Shown here: piece by piece, positions 9,511 through 18,758 of the stretch | Numbering within the stretch: the first letter of the stretch is position 1 | Layout: each line of letters opens with the position of its first letter | Source: Candidatus Latescibacterota bacterium | GTDB taxonomy: Bacteria > Latescibacterota > UBA2968 > UBA8231 | DNA length: 64,000 bases | Direction of reading: 5' to 3' | NCBI GenBank assembly: GCA_965204725.1 | Contig: OZ242005.1 | Span: 1,632,001-1,696,000, forward strand | Made by a program: the position numbers and the translations under genes | Notes under the pieces: generated by a model | What the model was told of the DNA's origin: nothing | Seen by the model: the letters and a program-made list of their open reading frames with translations, nothing else | The model's database searches: none

Positions 9511-12500
9511 GCGAAGCGTTTTCTCAGAGAGTGGCTGGGTTTTTTCAGCGGCTGTTTAACCGCGAGTCAAAAAACGAGCGCCAATGGGCCGAGGTCGAAG
9601 AGTACCGCTCCTTGCTCGAACCGCCCGACCGCTTTGAGGAAGGCTTTACGATCCGCACCGTAATTGGCGTGCTCTTTATCTCGCTAATCATGACCCCCGG
9701 CGAGATGTTCCTCGGGCTGTACACGGGGGGCGGCATTGGCCAGGCAGCGCAATGGGTGACGGTGATCCTCTTTCTCGAGATCTCCAAACGCTCATTCACC
9801 TCGCTCAAGCGCCAAGAGATCTACCTGCTCGTGTACGTGGCCTCGGCCTTGGTCGTCCGTGAGGAAGGCGCGTTCCTCGACTTGCTCTGGCGTCAGTATT
9901 TCGTGAGTTCGCCCGAAGCCGAGCAATTCGGGATCGCGCGCAGTTTGCCGTCGTGGTGGGTGCCCCCGGCCGATTCAGAGGCCATTGCCGAGCGGACCTT
10001 TATCCACGAAGACTGGCGGACCCCGATCCTGCTGTTGGTGCTGGGGACGATCATGGGCCGCATCGCTTGGTTTACGTCCGGTTACATGCTGTTCCGGCTG
10101 ACCTCGGACCGCGAGCAATTGCCCTTTCCCACCGCGCCGATGTCGGCGTTGGGCGCCATGGCCCTAGCCGAGGATTCCGGGGCTGAACAGGAGACATGGA
10201 AGTGGCCGATTTTCAGCATCGGCGCGGTCATTGGGGCGTCGTTCGGTCTCATCTATGTAGGGGTCCCGGTCATCACTGAACTCTGGGGGTCCAAAGTGGA
10301 GATCTTGCCGATTCCCTTCTGGGATTTGACGCCCTATTTCGGCAACATCTTACCGGCCACGCCGCTGGGGATCACCATGCACTTGGGGCCGGTATTCGCG
10401 GGGCTGTTCATGCCCTTCTGGTCGGTGATAGGCTCCTTTGCCGGGGTGATGCTGCACACGGCCGTCAGCCCGTTGCTCTACGAAATGGGCTATCTCCCGA
10501 GCTGGGAGATCGGCATGGGGACCATCCGCACCCAGATCGTCACTAGGATCGACTTTTGGCAAGCCTTTTCCATTGGCATCACCCTTGCCGTGACCGCTGT
10601 CAGCTTTTACCAACTCTTTGCCACTGGTCGCCAGAAGCGGGCCGAACTGCGAGATAAACTGCGACTTGAGAAAGCCGATCTGCCAACTGTGTGTCAGCAC
10701 TCGGACTGCCACCACCCGGCCGAAGTGAGGGGATACTGCTTAAAGCACCTCGGGCGCGGCGATTTCAATATGTGGGTCTGCGCTTCGCTGTTTTGCGTCG
10801 CGGCCATCTATCCGATCGTCTTGGCCAAGAGCTTGTTTCCCACGTTGGTCAGCACCGGCCTGTTGGTGCTTTTCGTGCTCATCGCCTTTGTCTATGCGCC
10901 GATCATGTCCTTTGTCAGCGCTCGGCTCGACGGCTTGGTTGGCCGGGAGATTTCGATCCCCTATGTCGAGCAAGCCATCCGCTTTATGACCGGCTTTCGC
11001 GGGGTTGAAATCTGGTTCGTGCCCTTTCCGACCCGCAACTTCGGCGGGCACGCCGAGCAGTTTAGGGTCGTCGAACTGACCGGGATGAAGTTTACCAGCC
11101 TGCTCAAGGCCGAGATCTTTATGTTGCCCATCGTCTTTGCGGTGAGTCTGATGTACTGGACCTTCCTTTGGCGCTTGGCCCCTATCCCTTCGGAGAGCTA
11201 CCCGTACGCGCAAAGAATGTGGCCGCTGCAGGCCTTTGAACAAGCGATGTTTTTATCGAGCACGATGTACAACAAAATGTGGCGCGCCGGGGAGGAGGTG
11301 GAAGGGGAGGTCGTGCCCAGCGGGCAAGTCGTGTGGAGCCCGAGCAATTTGCAGGACGGCCGCTGGTGGTACTGGCGGGTGAGTACCACGCGAGACTTGG
11401 AGGTGCCCGATCCGGTCAAGCGCGATTATGGCCCTTGGTCGCAGACGAGGTACTTCTACACGGACTTCAGCGGCGGGGACGCACCACCGCCGCCAGAGGC
11501 CGCCCAGCAGATCGACGCCGAGGCGGGTACTCGGTCGGATGGCCCCCAGCTACTTTGGCCCCCCAACGGCATGGCCCTTGCCACGCCAAACCCCAACTTC
11601 CGGGCCGCGGTCGATTTGGCCCCGGGCGATTCGGTTGACTTCTATTTTGAAGTGGATCTCCTGCCCAGCTTTGACGGCGAGTTTTTGCAGCGCTCTTCGG
11701 ACCGGCCCCTGCTCTTTGAGGTCTTGTGGGAGGACATGCAGTTTACGGGCAATCACAAGGACGACGACGGCGACTTCAATATCGCGGTTCTCGTCGCGGG
11801 CGTGGAGCCAGAAGGGCTGGGAGATCAGCTTGGACTAGCGGAAGGCGACCGCCTCCGTGCGGTAAACGACGTCGAACTCCGTGTGCCCCAATGGGATACG
11901 GAGCGAATCGACCGGTATTTTACCGCCGGCGCGGACTCGGTGTTTGCCGCTTGGGAACGGGACGAGAAGACCATGCGTCGAGCGGTGGTGCGCCGGCCGG
12001 GGGAGAGCTTGGGCTTGGAATTTGCGACGACGGACTCGTCTTTTATCAGACGCATTGCCGTGCCCGTGAGCAGATGGGGCAGGAACCTATTGGGACTGGA
12101 ACTTGGCTGGACCGAGTACGAAGTGGTGCGCGTCGCGGCCGTGGCCGAGGATGGATTGGGCCACCGCTTGGGCTTGCAAGCCGGCGACCATCTTAGGACG
12201 ATCAACGGCCGGGGTATCGACGAGGATACGTGGCGCAGCGAGGAGGTCGTTGCCGCTTTTGCCGCGGTCGTGGAGGAGACGGCGACCGGGGTGCTAGTCG
12301 AGTGGGAGCGGGATGGGGACCGACGCGAAGGGTGGGTGGCCGCAGCGTCGCTCGTCCAGCCGGGGCTGATCTATCGGGAGGGGGCTGTCGAGGGCCGCGA
12401 CGAGGAGCTGGTCAACAACAAAGACGACGATGGCGACGGCCTGATCGACGAGGATACGCACCATCCTCTCGACGGCAAGAAGTGGCCCATCATCATTGGC

Positions 12501-12791
12501 GCGGCCGGCTTCGGCTTGGCCGCGTACTTTGCCATGGCCTTTTTGGGAATGCCGATCTTTCTGATCTGGGGCTACGTCCAGAGCGTCAACGGCATCCCAC
12601 ACGCCCTCATTCCGCAAATCATTGGCGCCCTGCTAGCTAGGCACTACTTCTGGAAGCGGTACGGCAAGCAGCAATGGCGTCAATACGCCATGGTCTTGAG
12701 CGTGGGCTTTGGGGTGGGCATGGCACTGGTCGGCATGTTTAGCGCGGCCCTGTCGATGATCAAAAAAGCCGTTTCTTCCCTCGCCTATTGA
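9507..12791 (+). CDS. OPT/YSL-like oligopeptide transporter with a large soluble insert (two PDZ-like domains, DxDxDG loops)
   Basis: FEEGFTIRTVIG, LTSDREQLPFP; insert with LGLAEGDRLRAVND and LGLQAGDHLRTING; KDDDGDGLIDED. Confidence 0.75.
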   Translation: MSEAFSQRVAGFFQRLFNRESKNERQWAEVEEYRSLLEPPDRFEEGFTIRTVIGVLFISLIMTPGEMFLGLYTGGGIGQAAQWVTVILFLEISKRSFTSLKRQEIYLLVYVASALVVREEGAFLDLLWRQYFVSSPEAEQFGIARSLPSWWVPPADSEAIAERTFIHEDWRTPILLLVLGTIMGRIAWFTSGYMLFRLTSDREQLPFPTAPMSALGAMALAEDSGAEQETWKWPIFSIGAVIGASFGLIYVGVPVITELWGSKVEILPIPFWDLTPYFGNILPATPLGITMHLGPVFAGLFMPFWSVIGSFAGVMLHTAVSPLLYEMGYLPSWEIGMGTIRTQIVTRIDFWQAFSIGITLAVTAVSFYQLFATGRQKRAELRDKLRLEKADLPTVCQHSDCHHPAEVRGYCLKHLGRGDFNMWVCASLFCVAAIYPIVLAKSLFPTLVSTGLLVLFVLIAFVYAPIMSFVSARLDGLVGREISIPYVEQAIRFMTGFRGVEIWFVPFPTRNFGGHAEQFRVVELTGMKFTSLLKAEIFMLPIVFAVSLMYWTFLWRLAPIPSESYPYAQRMWPLQAFEQAMFLSSTMYNKMWRAGEEVEGEVVPSGQVVWSPSNLQDGRWWYWRVSTTRDLEVPDPVKRDYGPWSQTRYFYTDFSGGDAPPPPEAAQQIDAEAGTRSDGPQLLWPPNGMALATPNPNFRAAVDLAPGDSVDFYFEVDLLPSFDGEFLQRSSDRPLLFEVLWEDMQFTGNHKDDDGDFNIAVLVAGVEPEGLGDQLGLAEGDRLRAVNDVELRVPQWDTERIDRYFTAGADSVFAAWERDEKTMRRAVVRRPGESLGLEFATTDSSFIRRIAVPVSRWGRNLLGLELGWTEYEVVRVAAVAEDGLGHRLGLQAGDHLRTINGRGIDEDTWRSEEVVAAFAAVVEETATGVLVEWERDGDRREGWVAAASLVQPGLIYREGAVEGRDEELVNNKDDDGDGLIDEDTHHPLDGKKWPIIIGAAGFGLAAYFAMAFLGMPIFLIWGYVQSVNGIPHALIPQIIGALLARHYFWKRYGKQQWRQYAMVLSVGFGVGMALVGMFSAALSMIKKAVSSLAY

Positions 12792-12833
12792 GGGGGTTTA
12801 CAAAGTCTATTCGCGCTTGTATTTTCGCCGATT

Positions 12834-13157
12834 ATGGACTTGCTTACGCGCCTATTCCGCGTCGTGCGGGCGCACACTGCGGCCCGCGAGCACACGCATT
12901 GGCAGCCCCCGCCGCCGGCTCCGGCCCTAACCGAACCCTCCGCCCTCGCTGGGTATTACGCCAATCTGGAGCTCCCAGATGGAGCGAGTCTGGCCGAGGT
13001 GAAGGCCGCGTGGAAGCGGCTGATGAAGCAGTACCATCCCGACCGCCACGCCCAAGACCCTGCCAAGCGCGCGGTGGCCAACGCGCTGTGCGCCGAGTTG
13101 ACGCACGCCTACAAAGAGTTGGAAAAGTCCCTGACCACCCATGACCCATTACACTAG
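12834..13157 (+). CDS. Small J-domain protein
   Basis: YYANLEL...EVKAAWKRLMKQYHPD (HPD motif). Confidence 0.85.
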   Translation: MDLLTRLFRVVRAHTAAREHTHWQPPPPAPALTEPSALAGYYANLELPDGASLAEVKAAWKRLMKQYHPDRHAQDPAKRAVANALCAELTHAYKELEKSLTTHDPLH

Positions 13158-13175
13158 ACAGATTGGAGGCAGCTT

Positions 13176-13568
13176 ATGGCTGATTTTGCCACTGTAAAGG
13201 AGTACGTTCTCGAGCTGGGCTTTGCCATCGCCGAGGAGATTCCCGAAGAGGAAATCGTCATTGTCAACGACGAGGAGCGCGGAGTGCAAAACTTGGTGGT
13301 TGATTGCGAGGATACGGTGCTGGTGATCGAGCAACTCATCATCAAGGTCGCGGCCGAGGCCGCCGAGGCGCACAAGCGGATTTTGCAGATGAACCGCGAC
13401 TTGATCTTTGGGGCCTTCGTCCTCAATGAGGAAGGCGATGGGCTGCTCTATCGCAATACGCTGGCACTGGAGAATTTGGACTTAAACGAACTGGAAAGCA
13501 CCATCAACTCCCTCGGTCTCGGCTTGGCCGAGCACGGGGAGGAATTACTGGGTTTTGCCGCCCAATAG
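13176..13568 (+). CDS. YbjN / CesT-Tir chaperone-like protein
   Basis: Acidic 130 aa; LQMNRDLIFGAFVL...TLALENLDLNELE; directly upstream of pspA-like gene. Confidence 0.75.
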   Translation: MADFATVKEYVLELGFAIAEEIPEEEIVIVNDEERGVQNLVVDCEDTVLVIEQLIIKVAAEAAEAHKRILQMNRDLIFGAFVLNEEGDGLLYRNTLALENLDLNELESTINSLGLGLAEHGEELLGFAAQ

Positions 13569-13587
13569 GAGGATAGGAGGATAGGAC

Positions 13588-14298
13588 ATGGCAGGTATAT
13601 TTCAACGCTTGTTTAAGACGGGGCAGGCCGAAGCCCACTCCTTAGTGGATAAGCTCGAAGACCCAATCAAGATGAGCGAGCAGGCGATCCGCGACTTAAA
13701 AAAGGACTTGCAGGACAGCCTCAAGGCCCTCGCCGAGGTCAAGGCGATTGCCATTCGGCTCAACCGCGAGTCCACCGACCACCACCGGCGCGCGGCCGAC
13801 TACGAGCGCAAGGCCATGCTGCTGTTGCAAAAGGCCGAGTCCGGCCAGATGGAGGAAGCCGAAGCCGACCGCTTGGCGCGCGAGGCCCTGACCCGGGTCG
13901 AGGAAGCCCAGAGCCGGCACGCCGAGACCTCCCAACAGGCCCAAGCCCAACAGGCGATGGCCGACAAGCTCCAGAGCAATGTCAACGATTTGAAGTCGAA
14001 AATCGCCTCGTACGAAAACGACCTAGTAACCCTCAAGGCGCGCACCAAAACCGCCAACGCCACCCGCAAAATCAACCAGCACTTGGCCAACATCGACTCC
14101 AAGGGCACCACGGCCTTGCTAGAGCGGATGAAGGAAAAGGCCGAAGAGCAGGAAGCGCTGGCCGAGGCTTACGGCGATATGGGCGACGCGGCCACGGCCG
14201 TTGAAGACGAGATCGACAAGGCCCTCGCCGACAGCAAAGGTGCCAAGGTCGATGACTCGCTCGCCCAGCTCAAGGCCAAAATGAAGACGGCCAAGTAA
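13588..14298 (+). CDS. pspA: PspA/IM30 (bacterial ESCRT-III) family protein
   Basis: GIFQRLF N-terminal amphipathic helix, KLEDPIKMSEQAIRDL, long coiled coil. Confidence 0.9.
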   Translation: MAGIFQRLFKTGQAEAHSLVDKLEDPIKMSEQAIRDLKKDLQDSLKALAEVKAIAIRLNRESTDHHRRAADYERKAMLLLQKAESGQMEEAEADRLAREALTRVEEAQSRHAETSQQAQAQQAMADKLQSNVNDLKSKIASYENDLVTLKARTKTANATRKINQHLANIDSKGTTALLERMKEKAEEQEALAEAYGDMGDAATAVEDEIDKALADSKGAKVDDSLAQLKAKMKTAK

Positions 14299-14311
14299 GG
14301 GCTGCCTTGGG

Positions 14312-15961
14312 ATGAAGGCCCTGAGCCGCCGGCAGTTTTTCGCCGCCCTCGCCGCGGCCGGCGGCTGGGCCGCGTGGAGCGGTTGTGCGGCAGACCAGCG
14401 GCGAGGGCCGATCCCCGGGCGGATCGTCAACGAGGGCACCCCGCATGGGCACTTGCTGCGCGATGTGCATTCTTGGGCCGATTTCGCTGCGGCCGAGGGT
14501 GCGTGTGACATAGCCATTGTCGGCGGGGGGATCTCCGGTTTAGCCGCGGCGTGGAAGTTGCGGCAGGCGGGGGTAGAGCGAATTCGCCTCCTCGACCTTG
14601 ACGACCAGCTCGGGGGCACCAGTCGCAGCGGCCAATGGGGCGACCGGGTCTTTCCTTGGGGCGCTCACTACATCAACATCCCGCCGGCCGAAGCCGACTG
14701 CATCCACGAAATCCTGCAAGACCTAAGCATCATTGACGGGTACGACGCGGCCAACAAGCCGCTGGTCGCCGCCGGGGCGCTGCTGCGCTGGCCGCACGAG
14801 CGGCTCTTCTATCGGGGGGAGTGGGTCGCTGGGCTGGACCCGTTTGTCGGCGCGTCGCCCCGGGAGCGCGAAGCGTTGCTGCGCTTTGAAGACGAGATGC
14901 TCGGCTGGGCCTTGCATCGCGGCCGGGATGGACGCCGGGCCTTTGCCCTGCCTATGCGCTACAGCACGGCCGATGTCCGGGTGCGGCGTTTAGACCAGAT
15001 CAGCATGGCCCAGTACCTCCGCGAAGAGGGATGGCACGACGACCGGCTCCGCTGGTTGGTCGATTACGCCTGCCGCGACGACTACGGCAGCACGGCCGCC
15101 CAAGTCTCGGCGTGGGCCGGGATTCACTACTACGCCTGTAGGTTTTACGACTACCGAGTTGAGGAGGCGTATCCAGCCCACACCCTGACGTGGCCGGAGG
15201 GCAATGGCTACCTAGTTGCAAAACTCGCTAACAGGCTGGGGGAAAACGAGATAAAGCGACAATCGCTAGTGGCGCGTCTAGCGGTGGAGCGGTCGCAGGT
15301 GCGCTTGGGGTACATCGACTTGGCTAGCGGGGAAAAGCGGCAACTGACCGCCCGGGCGGTGGTGTACGCCGGCAAGCTCCACACCGCGCCCTACGCGATT
15401 GTGGGCCTGCCGGATGAACAGGCCGAGGCCATGGCCGCCATTGAGTACAGCCCGTGGTTGGTGGCGGCGATTTTTCTCAAAGAGCCGCTCGCGGCCGGGC
15501 AGACCACTTGGGACAACGTCTTGTACGACAGCCCGTCGCTGGGCTATGTGGTCGCCGATCACCAGCAGGGCGGCGGCCGCGTGTTGATGTACTATTGGCC
15601 CTTTGTCGATCAACTCGCACGCGCCCGGCGCGCCTTGCTCGCGCAGGACCATTCGTTCTGGACGGCCCAGATCCTAGCCGATCTGAGCCGAGTCCACCCG
15701 GAGCTAGAAGACCTCGTAGAGCGCGTCGATCTGTATCGCTGGGGGCACGGGATGATGCGGCCCAGTCCCAAGGCGCTGTGGGGGCCGACGGCCGCTTGGC
15801 GGCAGCAGCCCATGGAGCGGATATTTTTTGCCTCGTGCGATGCGACCGGATTGCCCCTGTGCGAAGAAGCGATGTTTTCCGGTATTCTGGCGGCCGAACA
15901 GGCCATGGACTGTCTCGGTGTAGCGCACTCCTCCTCGTTGGGCGGGCTGGCAAATGCCTAG
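14312..15961 (+). CDS. FAD-dependent amine oxidase-like oxidoreductase with Tat signal and possible lipobox
   Basis: SRRQFF...WSGC; GGGISG, GGTS, WGAHY, RWGHGM. Confidence 0.85.
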   Translation: MKALSRRQFFAALAAAGGWAAWSGCAADQRRGPIPGRIVNEGTPHGHLLRDVHSWADFAAAEGACDIAIVGGGISGLAAAWKLRQAGVERIRLLDLDDQLGGTSRSGQWGDRVFPWGAHYINIPPAEADCIHEILQDLSIIDGYDAANKPLVAAGALLRWPHERLFYRGEWVAGLDPFVGASPREREALLRFEDEMLGWALHRGRDGRRAFALPMRYSTADVRVRRLDQISMAQYLREEGWHDDRLRWLVDYACRDDYGSTAAQVSAWAGIHYYACRFYDYRVEEAYPAHTLTWPEGNGYLVAKLANRLGENEIKRQSLVARLAVERSQVRLGYIDLASGEKRQLTARAVVYAGKLHTAPYAIVGLPDEQAEAMAAIEYSPWLVAAIFLKEPLAAGQTTWDNVLYDSPSLGYVVADHQQGGGRVLMYYWPFVDQLARARRALLAQDHSFWTAQILADLSRVHPELEDLVERVDLYRWGHGMMRPSPKALWGPTAAWRQQPMERIFFASCDATGLPLCEEAMFSGILAAEQAMDCLGVAHSSSLGGLANA

Positions 15962-17474
15962 GCTGGGGTCGCTGTTTTTGCTGGGGGCCATTTTTTCAGC
16001 CGCGGCCTGCGCCATCGTCTATCAGCTGCTCATCGGCAGCGTGTCGTCCTACTTCCTCGGCAACAGCGTTGAGCAGTTTTCCCTGACGATCGGCTTTTTC
16101 CTCGCCGCGATGGGGCTGGGCTCGTGGCTTTCGCGCTTTGTCGCCAACCCCTTGCTCTTGACGCGGCTGGCCCAACTGGAGATTTGGCTGGGGTTTTTGG
16201 GTGGGATTTCGGTCGGCGTGCTCTACGTGCTCTACGGGTACACCGACTCCTTTCGGGCCGGGATGCTAACTTTGAGCACGGCGATTGGCGCGTTGATCGG
16301 CCTCGAAGTGCCGCTGATTACTCGGCTTTTGCGCGGGCAGGGGACGCTGCGGGCGGCGCTGTCGAATGTTTTGTCCCTCGATTATCTGGGGGCCTTGGTG
16401 GCCTCATTGCTCTTCCCGTACGTCTTGTTGCCCTTCCTCGGCAGCCTGCATACGGCGTTGGTCGCCGGCTTGGTCAACGCCGGCCTCGGCCTCGGCGTGG
16501 TGCTCGCGTTTAAGGCCGAGTTGCGAAAGCAGGGCACCTTTCGCCGGCTGGGGGCGCAAGCCCTCGGGGTTATTGCGGCGCTAGGGGCGTTGGCTTGGCA
16601 GGGGGAGGAGCTGCGGGCGCGGTGGGAAAGCGACCTCTACCAAGACCGCATCGTCCACAGCGAGCAATCGGCTTACCAGCAAATCGTCCTGACCCGGCGC
16701 GGCGAACACCTGCGGCTTTATCTCAACGGGCACTTGCAATTCGCCTCCATTGACGAGCACCGCTACCACGAAGCCCTCGTCCATCCGGCCATGGCCCTGA
16801 CGCCCTCCCGCGAACGGGTCCTCATCATCGGGGGAGGCGACGGCCTAACGGCGCGGGAGGTCCTCAAATACGAGGAAGTCGAGCACGTCGATTTAGTCGA
16901 TCTCGACCCGGCGGTAACGCGGTTGGCCCAGCGCAACATTCACCTGACTCGGCTCAACAACAACTCGTTAAATCGCCGCCAAGTCCGCGTGATCAACGAA
17001 GACGGCTTGGTCTTTTTGCAGCGCGAGCACGTGCCGTACAACGCGATACTCATTGACCTGCCCGATCCCCGCGAGGAGAGCTTGGCCAAGCTCTATTCGG
17101 TCGAAGCCTATCGGCTGTGCCGCAAGTTGCTCAGCCCGCACGGCGTCTTGGCGACTCAGGCCTCTAGTCCGTACCACGTCCGCGCGGCGTATTGGAGCAT
17201 TGCCGTCGCCTTGGAGGAAGCGGGCTTTGCCGTCCACTCCTATCACTTGCCCGTGCCCTCTTTTGGCGAGTGGGGGTTCCACTTGGCGGGAAAAGCCGGG
17301 CTGGACCCGACGGCCGTCGCCTTTGCGGTGCCCACGCGCTATCTCGACCGCCAAGTCTGGGCGGCCCTCGCGGTTTTTGACGGCGATATGGCCCGCGTGC
17401 CCGTGCAGGCCAACCGACTTGATAGGCCGGTGCTGGCGCGTTATTATCGACAGCGTTGGGGCACTCAATTTTGA
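15954..17474 (+). CDS. speE: Polyamine aminopropyltransferase (spermidine synthase) with N-terminal multi-TM domain
   Basis: TM region followed by YHEALVHP, IIGGGDG, VDLDP, IDLPDP, VPSFGEWGF. Confidence 0.9.
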   Translation: MPRLGSLFLLGAIFSAAACAIVYQLLIGSVSSYFLGNSVEQFSLTIGFFLAAMGLGSWLSRFVANPLLLTRLAQLEIWLGFLGGISVGVLYVLYGYTDSFRAGMLTLSTAIGALIGLEVPLITRLLRGQGTLRAALSNVLSLDYLGALVASLLFPYVLLPFLGSLHTALVAGLVNAGLGLGVVLAFKAELRKQGTFRRLGAQALGVIAALGALAWQGEELRARWESDLYQDRIVHSEQSAYQQIVLTRRGEHLRLYLNGHLQFASIDEHRYHEALVHPAMALTPSRERVLIIGGGDGLTAREVLKYEEVEHVDLVDLDPAVTRLAQRNIHLTRLNNNSLNRRQVRVINEDGLVFLQREHVPYNAILIDLPDPREESLAKLYSVEAYRLCRKLLSPHGVLATQASSPYHVRAAYWSIAVALEEAGFAVHSYHLPVPSFGEWGFHLAGKAGLDPTAVAFAVPTRYLDRQVWAALAVFDGDMARVPVQANRLDRPVLARYYRQRWGTQF

Positions 17475-17487
17475 AAGGACATGCTAG

Positions 17488-18042
17488 ATGGGCTTAAGGA
17501 AATGGTTCGGGGGACGCCAAAGCGAAGCCGAGGACGAACCGGCGTATAAGGAGTACTCGCTCAGCACCATGCGAGTCGGGTTCCTAGTTGATTACGACCT
17601 CAGAACTTGGCAAGTCACCGGCCGGGGAAGCTATGACTACGACGGCTATACGACCGAGGAATGGGAATTGCAGGCCGATGGTCAGGTGTGCTTCCTCGAG
17701 CGCGCCTTAGAAGATGGCCAAGCCTATTGGACCCTGACGCGGGCGATTGGCATCGGCGAAATCGAGGGCGACATTGCGGCGGCCATTATCGCCAACGGCG
17801 ACCCCCCGGACGCGGTGCAGTTTGCCGGCGACGAGTACGTGGGGAGCGCGAGCGAGGCCGGCCTGTACCGCAAAGAGGGCGTCGATGCAGAGCGCGAATT
17901 TGTCAATTGGTCGTTTGAAGGCGCAGAAGGCCAGGTGCTTTTTATTAGCCAGTGGGGCGAGCGCGACTTTGCCGCGTACGCGGGCATGGAGGTAGAGGAA
18001 TACCAATTCACCGACATCCTGCCGGTGGAGGAGGAGACTTAA
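17488..18042 (+). CDS. DUF4178-like protein
   Basis: Acidic beta-rich protein (WQVTGRGSYDY..EEW); usual neighbour of speE and DUF350. Confidence 0.65.
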   Translation: MGLRKWFGGRQSEAEDEPAYKEYSLSTMRVGFLVDYDLRTWQVTGRGSYDYDGYTTEEWELQADGQVCFLERALEDGQAYWTLTRAIGIGEIEGDIAAAIIANGDPPDAVQFAGDEYVGSASEAGLYRKEGVDAEREFVNWSFEGAEGQVLFISQWGERDFAAYAGMEVEEYQFTDILPVEEET

Positions 18043-18043
18043 A

Positions 18044-18748
18044 ATGGCTTGGCGCGTAGCGGCCTTGGCGCTGTGGGGCCTGATTGCCTGTGGGGCCAAA
18101 GACCCGGTAAAGGAGCTGGTGCGCGACTTAGAGCGCTACCCGGAATACTCCCTGATCGTCGATGATACCCGCATTGACGACAGCTCGTTTTTTCCCGACT
18201 ACGCGCTGCGCTTTCAGGTGCTGACCGCTTCGGGCCAGCGCGTGGCCGGCCGCGACACCATCGTCTATCAGGAGCGGCGCACGGATTGGATGGAAGTCCG
18301 CGAAGAGACCTTCTACCGCTACGACAACTACGTCGGCATGGTCGTAGCCTCCAAGTCGCTCGATGGCCGCCGCACGGGCGCCAAGCAAGCGCACCCCCCC
18401 GGCTATCAATACGTCGGGAACCCCCAGTACGGCTTCTGGGGAGGCGGTGGGTTTTGGCAGTTCTACGGCCAGTACGCGTTGATGCGCGACCTAATGGGCG
18501 GGTGGGGCGTTGGCCGGGGCGATTGGGAGGACTACCGCCGCAATCGGGAGCGAGGCCGGCCGTACTACGGGCCGGTGAAAGGGGGCCGGCCCACCTTTGG
18601 GTCGCGCGGCTCGCAAACCCAAAAGACGCGCCCGCAATTCTACCAACGTCAGCAAAGCCGCCGCCAAGCCTTTAGCGGCCAAGTCAAAAACCGCATGGGC
18701 CGCACCACCTCTGGGTGGGGACGCGGCTCCTCGCGCTTTGGAAAATAG
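18044..18748 (+). CDS. Lipoprotein with G/R-rich disordered C-terminus
   Basis: Lipobox LIAC; PPGYQYVGNPQYG..FWQFYGQY; basic tail. Confidence 0.75.
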   Translation: MAWRVAALALWGLIACGAKDPVKELVRDLERYPEYSLIVDDTRIDDSSFFPDYALRFQVLTASGQRVAGRDTIVYQERRTDWMEVREETFYRYDNYVGMVVASKSLDGRRTGAKQAHPPGYQYVGNPQYGFWGGGGFWQFYGQYALMRDLMGGWGVGRGDWEDYRRNRERGRPYYGPVKGGRPTFGSRGSQTQKTRPQFYQRQQSRRQAFSGQVKNRMGRTTSGWGRGSSRFGK

Positions 18749-18758
18749 GGGGAACGCA

